Below the pieces are notes generated by a model that saw only the letters and a list, made by a program, of their open reading frames with translations, was not told the origin of the DNA and ran no database searches. The position numbers were made by a program, and so were the translations under genes. Source: Candidatus Gottesmanbacteria bacterium (GTDB lineage: Bacteria > Patescibacteriota > Microgenomatia > UBA10105 > UBA927). From it: 64,000 nucleotides of DNA. The stretch lies in assembly GCA_016214885.1 (NCBI GenBank), contig JACRMP010000015.1, positions 13,420 to 77,419 on the forward strand. Reading direction: 5' to 3'. Below, piece by piece: positions 55,603 to 64,000 of this stretch (position 1 is the first letter of the stretch; each line of letters starts with the position of its first letter).

Positions 55603-57977
55603 AGTCTCTTTTTTTGTATGATGAGGAGCAATATAATTGTCGCACCTAGGCTAGCGGCACTCAAGAGTATACCCAGGGTGACACTGAAGGGTGCATAGAT
55701 CATGATAACTTCATGTTTGCCTGAAGGAACGTTAATTCCCCGCATGGTCCAATTTACCCGCGCTATAGCGGTGGGTTTGCCGTCTACGGTTGCAATCCAT
55801 CCGGGGTAAAACGTATCCGTCACGACCAGTGTTCCTGACACAGAACTCTCTGTTTTGACCATAACCCTCTCAGGTTCGTAAGAGGTGATGGCAGCGCTTC
55901 CTGTGGCAGGGAAGCCTTTGACTATACTTACCCCCTCAGGGAAAAGGGCGGTGGTAATGGGATTAAATCCATCAGAAAAAAATATGTCGGTGAAATCCCT
56001 GCTATTTTCATATGTTTTTGATTCTCCTGCAACGAATGCGCGGGGAAGAGCCTCGGTATTTTCATATATTGCCCAGTCGTCGAAGCTGTGGATTTTTTTG
56101 ATGACGTGGGGAGGATACGTCTGTTCACTGCTGGCGTTTTCCATCCGATCCAGAATATACCTGACACTGAGGGCGCTTAACACTTTCCGCTTCGTTTCAT
56201 CGGAGAGACCGCCGTCCCCGAACCGGGATGAGATGGCTGCGTCGGAGCGCGATGCGTTGTCAAATATTTCCATGAGCTGGCCGTTTCTGTATGCATACAA
56301 AAACTCACCGTACCACTTGGGATACAGGGGATCATATCCTTCCGGTGAAAAAAGACGGTATTGCGACGCAAAGTTTGCGCTTATATTTGCCGTTCCGTAG
56401 CCCCAGTACCGCCCTAATTGGGCAGAAGACAGGTATGCTATCGTTTTGTGTTCGGGGAACACGAGCTCTTTTGACACAAACGGATTAAACCGGTTGAAAA
56501 ACACAAAAAGATCCATGACATGGATGACTAATAGTACGGTTATGGCTAACGTGCGCATTTTCGGGAGCGCAATAGCAATCCAGAATAAGCCCAATGTGGC
56601 TGCAGACAAAGCCATTCCGTATATGAGAGCCCGTACTGCCACGCCTGCATGGAGCGACAGCTCCGGGGTAAACGGAAGTTTGGTGCCGATAAACAATACG
56701 GCGAAGATTCCCGCCACCTCGATAGTTCTTCTGAATAGTTTTTTAAGCGAGTGCTTATCACGCATCCAGAAGTCTAAGCCTAAACCGCACATCATGGAAA
56801 GTGAGAATGCCAGTAAAAATGACATAAGCGTAGGGCTGCTGGAGGTGAAAAGAGGAATCGGCACCCGATAGAGAATCTGTGTAATCGGATTAGTGGTAAG
56901 GAGTAGTGCGGTGGTCAGCACTGCCAGGATAAACCATTTGGATATCGTATCTTTCCGGCGCAGCGCTGACAGTGAAAAGAATAGCGGAATAAGTCCTATG
57001 GTGGTCACCTTCCCCACAAAGGTATCGCTTGGCCAATAGGTGCGGGTTGCCGGGTTGCCGAATAGATTGGGGAAGGGAAGCGCAAACAACTGACCCGGAT
57101 GGATGAGTATTTTTGCAAATAGATTACCCGGATCATGCGGGCTCCTGGCAGCATGACTGACAAGTTCCATACCGGGGACAACCTGAATGCCCGCAATTCC
57201 GATTCCTAGTGCGGTAAATCCGAGTAAATACGGCCACATAGTTCGGTGCATCCTGAACAATCCGTAGGTGACAGAAAATGCACAGGCATATGCATAGACC
57301 TGGGGGTGTCCAGCAAGAAGCGACATGACGTGGGACAATGTGTATATGCCGAGCCATAGCGGGCTGATTCGTTCCCGTAAGTGTTCTATGGCAAGCAGTA
57401 TGAGTGGGAGCCATAGAACGACGTGGCCTATGGTGTTGTATTCAAGCCAGACTGCCATAAATCCGGAGAATCCGTATGAAGTCGCGGCCAACCAGCTTCC
57501 TAGTGGTCTCATGCCGATTTTTCTGCTAAAGAGATAGGTAAAAAGAACCGCAAGCAGTGGTTGGGTGATCACCAGGATAGTCCATGCGTCAATCTGCGCC
57601 ATGAACAGGTAGAGAATGCCCAGGGGATATACGGCGGCACTTTGGAAGTTTGCAAGGAGCGGGGAGCCGGAAAAATTATACGGATTCCAGAGGGGTAGCC
57701 GTCCTTTCTGAAGCGAATTTATTACTGCCGTTTTCCACGGGTACATTTGACGGATGGTGTCGGGGTATTGCGCCTTGTTGGGTATCCCGCCCGCACCGTA
57801 CCCCAAGTAGGAAGTTGACCGCCACGGCTGGAAGTCGCTTACCAGAATATCCCCGGGGAACGGGACTTTACCACGGAATACAGTCTGATAAAAAAACAGG
57901 GAAATAACGGCAGAAAGTATAACAAGAACCAACATCCATTCGTTTCGTTTCATACCGGGTAGTAGAGCTTCTGGCAA
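55599..57977 (-). CDS. YfhO-family GT-C membrane glycosyltransferase (group B, 792 aa)
   Basis: VPFPGDIL...MYPWK...LPLWNPYNFSGSP N-terminus, and C-terminal DTFYPGWIATVDGKPT...PSGKHEV plus a TM anchor. Confidence 0.65.
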   Translation of the reverse strand: MPEALLPGMKRNEWMLVLVILSAVISLFFYQTVFRGKVPFPGDILVSDFQPWRSTSYLGYGAGGIPNKAQYPDTIRQMYPWKTAVINSLQKGRLPLWNPYNFSGSPLLANFQSAAVYPLGILYLFMAQIDAWTILVITQPLLAVLFTYLFSRKIGMRPLGSWLAATSYGFSGFMAVWLEYNTIGHVVLWLPLILLAIEHLRERISPLWLGIYTLSHVMSLLAGHPQVYAYACAFSVTYGLFRMHRTMWPYLLGFTALGIGIAGIQVVPGMELVSHAARSPHDPGNLFAKILIHPGQLFALPFPNLFGNPATRTYWPSDTFVGKVTTIGLIPLFFSLSALRRKDTISKWFILAVLTTALLLTTNPITQILYRVPIPLFTSSSPTLMSFLLAFSLSMMCGLGLDFWMRDKHSLKKLFRRTIEVAGIFAVLFIGTKLPFTPELSLHAGVAVRALIYGMALSAATLGLFWIAIALPKMRTLAITVLLVIHVMDLFVFFNRFNPFVSKELVFPEHKTIAYLSSAQLGRYWGYGTANISANFASQYRLFSPEGYDPLYPKWYGEFLYAYRNGQLMEIFDNASRSDAAISSRFGDGGLSDETKRKVLSALSVRYILDRMENASSEQTYPPHVIKKIHSFDDWAIYENTEALPRAFVAGESKTYENSRDFTDIFFSDGFNPITTALFPEGVSIVKGFPATGSAAITSYEPERVMVKTESSVSGTLVVTDTFYPGWIATVDGKPTAIARVNWTMRGINVPSGKHEVIMIYAPFSVTLGILLSAASLGATIILLLIIQKKRL

Positions 57978-58087
57978 AACGCCTCTCTTAGAGAATATAC
58001 TCTTAATCGGCTTTTGAGAAGTCTCCTTCCTTAATGGTTATTGCGTTAGATTGTCCGGCGTTTTGCATAAATAAATTAAATTATGTT

Positions 58088-58178
58088 CTTTTCCATTACA
58101 ATCCTATTTCTTTATCTTGTTTATTTTCTTTATGCGCAGACTGCAGTACTGTGACCGGACAGAAAAGAACATAATTTC
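58088..58178. repeat. long-range inverted repeat (16-bp perfect arms, 59-bp spacer) between two minus-strand YfhO-like genes
   Basis: AAATTATGTTCTTTTC (58088-58103) versus GAAAAGAACATAATTT (58163-58178). The spacer contains the 8-bp palindrome CAGTACTG. Core TGTTCTTTTC/GAAAAGAACA is shared with 25389-25486. Confidence 0.65.
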
Positions 58179-58200
58179 CGAAGTTTCACTACCCGGCATA

Positions 58201-59832
58201 TTACGATTTTTTGCGTATTCCCAATGCATATAACGCCGCGGCGGCTATAAGAGAGAATAATGTTACCGTTTCTGCGATACGCCGCACCGGCGACTCCTCC
58301 CATACTACACGGACATGATGGGTTCCCCCGGGCAAACGGAAAGTGATAAGCCCCCTCCAATTTTGATCCTGGAATTCTACCGGAATTTTTTTGCCCCCCG
58401 CATACACCCGCCAGCCGGGGAAATACTGGGTGCGGTCAACTACCTGGACGTCATTTGCAGCTGTTACCGTGAATGTATGAAGGGTTCCTTTTTTAACGGG
58501 ATTACTGATGGTACCTGTCCCTCCCACAATTTCAAAACGGTTTTCGGGATACGATCCTGCGGGGCCTGCTGACCAGATAACATCCGTTTCCCCGAAGTAT
58601 GTGGTGTTCAGAGGATAATCCCAAAAATACCGTTCATCGATTTTATCCATCCCCAGCGGCGGACGGAAATACACCGCAGTCGAGGCAACGGTCATCGTTA
58701 TCAATATGACAATAAGATACAAAGGCGTCTTTTTGTTGATGTATACTACTCCACCAAGAATAGCCAGGGAAAATGCAGTAATATTAAGAAGCCTCCACGG
58801 AAACTGGAACATCCGCAGGATGGGGATATTAGTCCAGAGAAATTGGGAAACGGGCTGCATGACAAAAAGAGCTAATCCTGTTAAAAAGAGCGCAAACCAT
58901 ACCGTCTTTTTTTCGGTAGCACTGTTTATTTTTTTCCGGAGGATAAGAGTAATCGCATAAAAAAGCGACACTACCTGGGTGAGCCCCAACGAAACGGCTA
59001 TGCCGCCTGTTTGGAGACTTGCGGCATTAGTGAGGTTGGGGATAAAAAAATTAACAAACGGTGCAAAGTGTGATTTATACATGTCCTTCATAAATAAATC
59101 GCCGTAGGTATACCGTCGTTCAATAATTGCGGGTATCCAATAAAAGGCGGACAAAGTGAGTCCGAGGGTAAGACCCATAAACCCCTCGATACGTTTTTGG
59201 TGGTTAGGGCTGAACAGAAGCACAAACAGGGTAATGACCCCGAAAAATACGAGGCTTATGGCATTGTGGGAAGTGATAAGAAGCAGGGTGGAAACTCCGG
59301 TAAACAGTACGTTAAGGTAGCTGTTATTTTGTGTAAATCCACGGGTGACGGCATACAGCACCAATGGAAGGAATGCCAGCGCATAGCCCTCAGCCATGTC
59401 GCCGCGTACTAAAAGGTCGATCAGATGAAATGGGGCAAACTGGTAGAGTATGGTCGCAAGCAGTGCTTTCCCTTCATGTTTGAAAAACCGCAGACTGAAA
59501 AGGTACATGAAAATCCCTGAAAGCAAAAAGCTTACCGTAAGGGAAATTTTGAATGCAAAAACCAATCCGCCACCCAGGGCGACAACCGCAGAGGCGACTA
59601 CATACGGAACATGGTAAATAAAGTTGAATAGCGGCATACCATAGCCGTAATTGAGTTCGCCTGCCCACCGCGGGAGAATCTGTCCTTCGGACAACGCTTT
59701 ATAGTAGGCGGCAATACGGGCGAAATGAACAGGGCTGTCGTGTGTATGGGGGGCCAGATCAGTGATAAAAAGGGATATAAACGGGAGAAGCGAAATTGCA
59801 ATAACAAGGATATAGTGCTTAAATGATTTCAT
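58201..59832 (-). CDS. YfhO-like GT-C membrane glycosyltransferase (group A, 543 aa)
   Basis: HTHDS...EGQILPRW...GYGMP N-terminus, and C-terminal TQYFPGWRVYAGGKKI...GGTHHV plus a TM anchor. Confidence 0.6.
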   Translation of the reverse strand: MKSFKHYILVIAISLLPFISLFITDLAPHTHDSPVHFARIAAYYKALSEGQILPRWAGELNYGYGMPLFNFIYHVPYVVASAVVALGGGLVFAFKISLTVSFLLSGIFMYLFSLRFFKHEGKALLATILYQFAPFHLIDLLVRGDMAEGYALAFLPLVLYAVTRGFTQNNSYLNVLFTGVSTLLLITSHNAISLVFFGVITLFVLLFSPNHQKRIEGFMGLTLGLTLSAFYWIPAIIERRYTYGDLFMKDMYKSHFAPFVNFFIPNLTNAASLQTGGIAVSLGLTQVVSLFYAITLILRKKINSATEKKTVWFALFLTGLALFVMQPVSQFLWTNIPILRMFQFPWRLLNITAFSLAILGGVVYINKKTPLYLIVILITMTVASTAVYFRPPLGMDKIDERYFWDYPLNTTYFGETDVIWSAGPAGSYPENRFEIVGGTGTISNPVKKGTLHTFTVTAANDVQVVDRTQYFPGWRVYAGGKKIPVEFQDQNWRGLITFRLPGGTHHVRVVWEESPVRRIAETVTLFSLIAAAALYALGIRKKS

Positions 59833-59877
59833 AGAAAGCTAGGGATTAACCGCATTATAGCAAAGTATAACCAAATA

Positions 59878-61380
59878 ATGAGCAAGGTGCGCGCGATTGA
59901 TTGGGTTAAGGTTGGAATTATTTATATAGCCACACTACTCCGGGTGTACAGGCTTGATTCACTCACCGAATTTTTGGGAGACCAAGGCAGGACGATGCTT
60001 GTTATGCGCCGATTTATAGAAGACGGCGTTGTCCCGCTGTCGGGGCCCACTACCCTGAGCGGACATAATCTTGGTCCCATATTTTATTATCTGCTTGCCC
60101 CCGGTTATCTTATTTCCCATGGCCCGTTTGGTGTATCCATGTGGAGTGCTCTATTAGGAGTTTTGTCGGTTGCTATCCTTTACCGGGCTGTTACCCTGAT
60201 GTTTGGCATATGGCCAGCAAGGGTGGTTTCGCTTCTATGGGCGGTGTCTCCTGTTATTATTTCTGCTGACCGCACTATCTGGGAGCCTAATCTGGTGCCG
60301 CTTTGGTCAGTGCTGTTTATCTTTCTATTATATAGGGCATACCGGAAATGGCACGGTATCCTTTGGGTAGGAGTGGGAGCCTCGGTAGGAGTGCTTATCC
60401 AGCTTCATTATCCGAATATATACTTCTTGGGGCTTACTGCCTTGGCCTTGGCAGGGGCAAAGATATACCGCAAAAAAAGCAATAACGATATATTTCGGAG
60501 TCTAATATGGTGTACGGGGGGATTTGTCGCAGTGTTGCTTCCGTTTCTTTGGTATGAGTTTACGGTGGGATTTAAAGATATCACCGGAATTGCATCTATA
60601 ATAGCCGACGGAGCGGGTGCCACGATGGGCAAGCGCGTCATGCTCTGGCAAAGCCTTGATTACAGCTACCGCGTATTAGGAAGAATGATTCCTGAAATGA
60701 GCAGGATTCCGGCGGCGGTACTCCTTTTGTTGTGGGGAATATTTGTGTTGTTCCGCCCGACGCCCAAAAATATATTTTTTTCGCTTTGGTTTGCCGGAGG
60801 AATTGCCGCAATGGTGCGGTATGCGGGAGTTGTCCACGATCATTATTTGTTTTTCCTTACCCCCGTTCCGTTTTTTATGCTCGCCTCGGTGGTATCGTCG
60901 GTGACCAATCCTGTTTGGAAAAAAGCAGTTTTACTTTGTTTAACCGGGCTTATTCTGTATCAATTTATGCAGACAGACATCGCAGACTACGGGAAAAATG
61001 ACCTTGCACGGGTAAGCATGGCGGTTGCCAGGATGAAAGCGGATGCAGGGCAAGAGCGTTTTTCATTTACCCTCATTAACACCAGATCATTTTCCGATCT
61101 TCATTACCGGTATTATATGCGTGTAATGGGGGTGACTCCCATGCCGGTCGGGGAAGCTAATTACCGGAAGCTATATGTTATGTGCGAGAGTTCCCGCTGT
61201 CCTACTGTTACCCAAATCACCTCTATCACTACGTTGCCGGTGCTTTGTTATGACGAGCACTGTGCTGATACCTACACAGGTATTCCCCTGTGGGATTCCT
61301 GGTCATATATCCGCCATGAGCGTGTAGTGGATAGTGGGCGTATTCTGGGAACGCTGTATGTATTCGAGCGCCGGCAGTGA
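59878..61380 (+). CDS. GT-C-fold membrane glycosyltransferase, ArnT/PMT-like (group D)
   Basis: Paralog of 29773-31356 (FLGDQGRTMLV, ...WEPNLVPLWS...). Confidence 0.6.
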   Translation: MSKVRAIDWVKVGIIYIATLLRVYRLDSLTEFLGDQGRTMLVMRRFIEDGVVPLSGPTTLSGHNLGPIFYYLLAPGYLISHGPFGVSMWSALLGVLSVAILYRAVTLMFGIWPARVVSLLWAVSPVIISADRTIWEPNLVPLWSVLFIFLLYRAYRKWHGILWVGVGASVGVLIQLHYPNIYFLGLTALALAGAKIYRKKSNNDIFRSLIWCTGGFVAVLLPFLWYEFTVGFKDITGIASIIADGAGATMGKRVMLWQSLDYSYRVLGRMIPEMSRIPAAVLLLLWGIFVLFRPTPKNIFFSLWFAGGIAAMVRYAGVVHDHYLFFLTPVPFFMLASVVSSVTNPVWKKAVLLCLTGLILYQFMQTDIADYGKNDLARVSMAVARMKADAGQERFSFTLINTRSFSDLHYRYYMRVMGVTPMPVGEANYRKLYVMCESSRCPTVTQITSITTLPVLCYDEHCADTYTGIPLWDSWSYIRHERVVDSGRILGTLYVFERRQ

Positions 61381-61427
61381 TGACGGAATCAATAGTCAAG
61401 GATAAATGTATCTAGTACAATAACGGT

Positions 61428-62699
61428 ATGTTAAGCAGTGTAATAGACTCGGTGCTTCTTTTTGCGTTTTCGATCCCCGTTGTCATGCAATACCGGATTC
61501 TTCCGGTTGACGGTACTCCATACTGGCTGTTCGGTTTGTTGTTCTTGATGCTGACCCTTCACTGTTTCGTGTCACTTTATCCTGAGGTGCTTGGCCGCTG
61601 GAAGAAACAAGCCGCCAAACTTAAGATGTTTTTTTTGATAACTACGCTCGTAATAACCCTGGGGGGAGCGAGTGTTACCGCTATGTTCGACCGGGCGCGC
61701 ACCGCCCCCGTTTACGGCGTCCACGACATCATTCTTCAGCAGGAGTCCGCTATGCGGTATCTTATCGTAGGGAAAAATCCGTATAAAGAAACATATTTTG
61801 GCACCCAGGTAGAAAGCTTCCGTTATGCGGAGCTGGGGCGCGATGCAGTTAACCCGGCGCTCTACCACTTCGTCATGCCGCCGTGGTATCTGTTGTTTCC
61901 GTATATTTTTTACTACACGTCAATACCGGTGCTGGGATTTTTTGACGGGAGAATGGCGCTTCTTTTCACCATGGTGATGCTGCTTGTTTTTGTCTGGTTT
62001 TGGCTCAAAGACAAAGCGCTTGCCAGGGTAGCAATAGTACTCACTGCATTGTCACCTTCTGTTGTCGATTATTTTGTGGAGGGCAGGAGCGATGTGTTTG
62101 CATTGTCCTGGCTTATGGGGGCAATGGTGCTTCTTGCTAACAGGCGGTATGTACTAAGTGGTGTGGTATTGGCATTAGCACTCCTTAGCAAACAAACCAT
62201 ATGGTTTGTGGTCCCCTTTTACGGTGTGTATCTGTGGCAGGAGACTGCTAATTCCAGAGTTATCTTTTGGAAGACTGCCGCTGCCTGTGCCGCAGTGAGT
62301 GTCATATTGGTTCTCCCGTTTGTGATGTGGGACAGTAACGCTTTCATGAACAGTGTTGTTTTTTACCTTACAGGCAATACTGCAACGAGTTACCCTGTTT
62401 CGGGGTACGGGCTCGGAATGATGCTGTATGATTTTGGAGTAATTCGCGATATCCATGCGTATTATCCGTTTATTTACTGGCAGATAGGGATAGCACTGCC
62501 TGTTTTTATCACCCTTGTTTATTGGTTGTGGCGGAAGCCTTCAGCATCACGGCTTATCATATCGTATGCGGTTTTTCTGATGGTATATTGGTATTTAAGC
62601 CGGTATTTCAATAACAGCCATTTGGGATATCTATCCATGCTGTTTGCCCTGGGAGTACTTAAAGCAGTGGATGAAAAAAATCTCCATGAAACAAATTAA
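61428..62699 (+). CDS. polytopic membrane protein, GT87/DUF2029-like putative glycosyltransferase
   Basis: ~11 TM. Loop motif VEGRSDVFALSWLMGAMVLL...LLSKQTIWFVVPFY resembles that of 32134-33276. Confidence 0.4.
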   Translation: MLSSVIDSVLLFAFSIPVVMQYRILPVDGTPYWLFGLLFLMLTLHCFVSLYPEVLGRWKKQAAKLKMFFLITTLVITLGGASVTAMFDRARTAPVYGVHDIILQQESAMRYLIVGKNPYKETYFGTQVESFRYAELGRDAVNPALYHFVMPPWYLLFPYIFYYTSIPVLGFFDGRMALLFTMVMLLVFVWFWLKDKALARVAIVLTALSPSVVDYFVEGRSDVFALSWLMGAMVLLANRRYVLSGVVLALALLSKQTIWFVVPFYGVYLWQETANSRVIFWKTAAACAAVSVILVLPFVMWDSNAFMNSVVFYLTGNTATSYPVSGYGLGMMLYDFGVIRDIHAYYPFIYWQIGIALPVFITLVYWLWRKPSASRLIISYAVFLMVYWYLSRYFNNSHLGYLSMLFALGVLKAVDEKNLHETN

Positions 62700-64000
62700 C
62701 CGCACCGCCATACTGCTTTTTATAGTGCTGTTGGCTGCATTTTTTTTGCGTACATACCGGATTACCGTAAATCCGCCGGCCATATCATGGGATGAAGCGT
62801 CTATAGGGTATAACGCATACACGATTCTCACCACAGGCCGGGATGAACACGGTAAATTTTTGCCGCTTGATACCTTTGCTGCTTTCGGTGACTACAAGCC
62901 GCCGGTGCCGATATACCTCACCGTTCCGTTTGTAGCAATTTTCGGATTGGGAGAACTTGCCGTGCGGTTGCCATCGGCGCTGGCAGGAGTGCTCACCGTT
63001 TGGGTGTTATTTTTGCTGACCGCCGAATTATTCCGTGAATCCAAGTACGCTAAAACGATAGGTCTGACGAGTTCTCTGCTTCTGACGCTCACACCCTGGC
63101 ACATTATGCTTTCCCGGGCAGGATTTGAGGCAAATATCGCCTTATTGTTTCTGGTTACCGGTATTCTTTTTGTGCTGAAAGGGAGGAGTAGTCCTCATTA
63201 TTTTTATATCGCATGGCTGCCGTTTGTCATGGGTATATATACCTTTAACAGTACGCGTTATGCAGGCCCTCTTATTGCCGTGTCTCTTCTTATTTTGATC
63301 AGAAAACACCTCATTCCCGCTAAAAAACAGGTACTTATGGGATTTGTTATAGCACTCATTGCCCTTATTCCCATAGCTCCGCATCTCGTCTCTAAACAGG
63401 CACGTCTCCGGTTTGAGGAAGTCAGTATATTCACCGATTTACGTACGGTGTTAACGTCCAACGAGCGGCGTAAAGCCGATGCATTTGCCCCATGGGCTGA
63501 TATTCTTCATAACAGAAGAGTGGGGTATGCACGCGAATATTTTGTCCACTTTTTTGACAATTTGGAACCGAGATTTCTGTTTATGACCGGGGACGGCAAT
63601 CCGAAGTTCTCCATCCAGGACACAGGACAATTGTTACTTGTGACAGCACCGTTTGTGCTTCTTGGGTGGCTTATGGTGTTTAAGGATTTTCCGGTTGCCG
63701 GATGGTTTCTTCTGTGGTGGCTTGTGGCAGCTATTGCGCCATCTGCGGTTGCCCGTGAAACGCCTCATGCGCTCCGTATTGAAAACGGTTTACCCGTTTA
63801 TATGATGGTGACGGCATACGGCTTGGTGATGGGAGTTCTCGGTGTAGCACAAAGGAAACGGATTATTGGAATGCTTTTTCTTGCTGCTTTGATCTTGGGG
63901 AATTTTTCCTATTTCTGGCATAACCTGATGGCGCATTACCCGAAAGAATATTCCGGAGAATGGCAGTACGGGTATAAAAATGCCATAGAAGTTGCCCGCA
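62686..64000 (+). CDS. GT39/GT83-like (ArnT/PMT_2 family) GT-C membrane glycosyltransferase (group C), 3' end outside window
   Basis: Frame is open from the ATG at 62686 to the window end. ISWDEASIGYNAYTILTTGRDEHG DE-loop motif. It is missed by the ORF track because no stop falls in the window. Confidence 0.65.
   Translation, partial: MKQINRTAILLFIVLLAAFFLRTYRITVNPPAISWDEASIGYNAYTILTTGRDEHGKFLPLDTFAAFGDYKPPVPIYLTVPFVAIFGLGELAVRLPSALAGVLTVWVLFLLTAELFRESKYAKTIGLTSSLLLTLTPWHIMLSRAGFEANIALLFLVTGILFVLKGRSSPHYFYIAWLPFVMGIYTFNSTRYAGPLIAVSLLILIRKHLIPAKKQVLMGFVIALIALIPIAPHLVSKQARLRFEEVSIFTDLRTVLTSNERRKADAFAPWADILHNRRVGYAREYFVHFFDNLEPRFLFMTGDGNPKFSIQDTGQLLLVTAPFVLLGWLMVFKDFPVAGWFLLWWLVAAIAPSAVARETPHALRIENGLPVYMMVTAYGLVMGVLGVAQRKRIIGMLFLAALILGNFSYFWHNLMAHYPKEYSGEWQYGYKNAIEVAR

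Noticed and set aside
1-64000. CRISPR arrays, transposases, integrases, rRNA or tRNA genes
   Set aside because: No direct-repeat arrays with spacers were found. No transposase, integrase or phage-like ORFs appear in the six-frame track. No tRNA-like or rRNA-like stretches appear in the few intergenic gaps.

Overview
This is a bacterial chromosomal segment of about 50% GC that uses the standard genetic code (TGA acts as a stop and an RF2 gene is present). Genes overlap tightly, and several appear to have leaderless promoters. Nothing in the window looks like a mobile element, CRISPR array, rRNA or tRNA.

Positions 1-23,600 carry housekeeping and envelope genes:
- a partial AlaX-like editing protein gene
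- two DsbA-family oxidoreductases, one with a long His/Cys-rich tail and one whose domain appears circularly permuted
- a minus-strand MacA/MacB-type ABC efflux operon
- an hsp20 gene behind a CIRCE/HrcA operator
- ruvCAB
- a signal peptidase I fused to a CAP domain
- a Zur-like regulator plus ZIP transporter operon with a palindromic operator inside its promoter
- prfB
- ftsE, ftsX and an EnvC-like M23 peptidase
- a Pro/Thr-rich surface protein
- VanZ
- tsaE, tsaC and a minimal tsaB
- a second CAP-domain protein

Positions 23,600-64,000 form one large glycosylation island. It has NDP-sugar genes (rfbA, rfbB, an RmlD-like reductase, ugd, gmd) but no rmlC. It also has seven GT2 genes, three of them DPM1/CsbB-like polyprenyl-phosphate sugar synthases and one fused to GtrA, plus one GT4, a Wzx flippase, a SemiSWEET and a methyltransferase. 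About fifteen polytopic GT-C-type membrane glycosyltransferase paralogs are present: six YfhO-like, four ArnT/PMT (GT39)-like, two GT87-like and three others. One YfhO-like copy is interrupted by a single in-frame TGA.

Two intergenic regions of the island carry related long-range inverted repeats built on the same core, TGTTCTTTTC ... GAAAAGARCA. The most plausible unusual system is an expanded lipid-linked-sugar surface glycosylation machinery following the CsbB-GtcA-YfhO logic, with candidate Pro/Thr-rich acceptor proteins encoded nearby.
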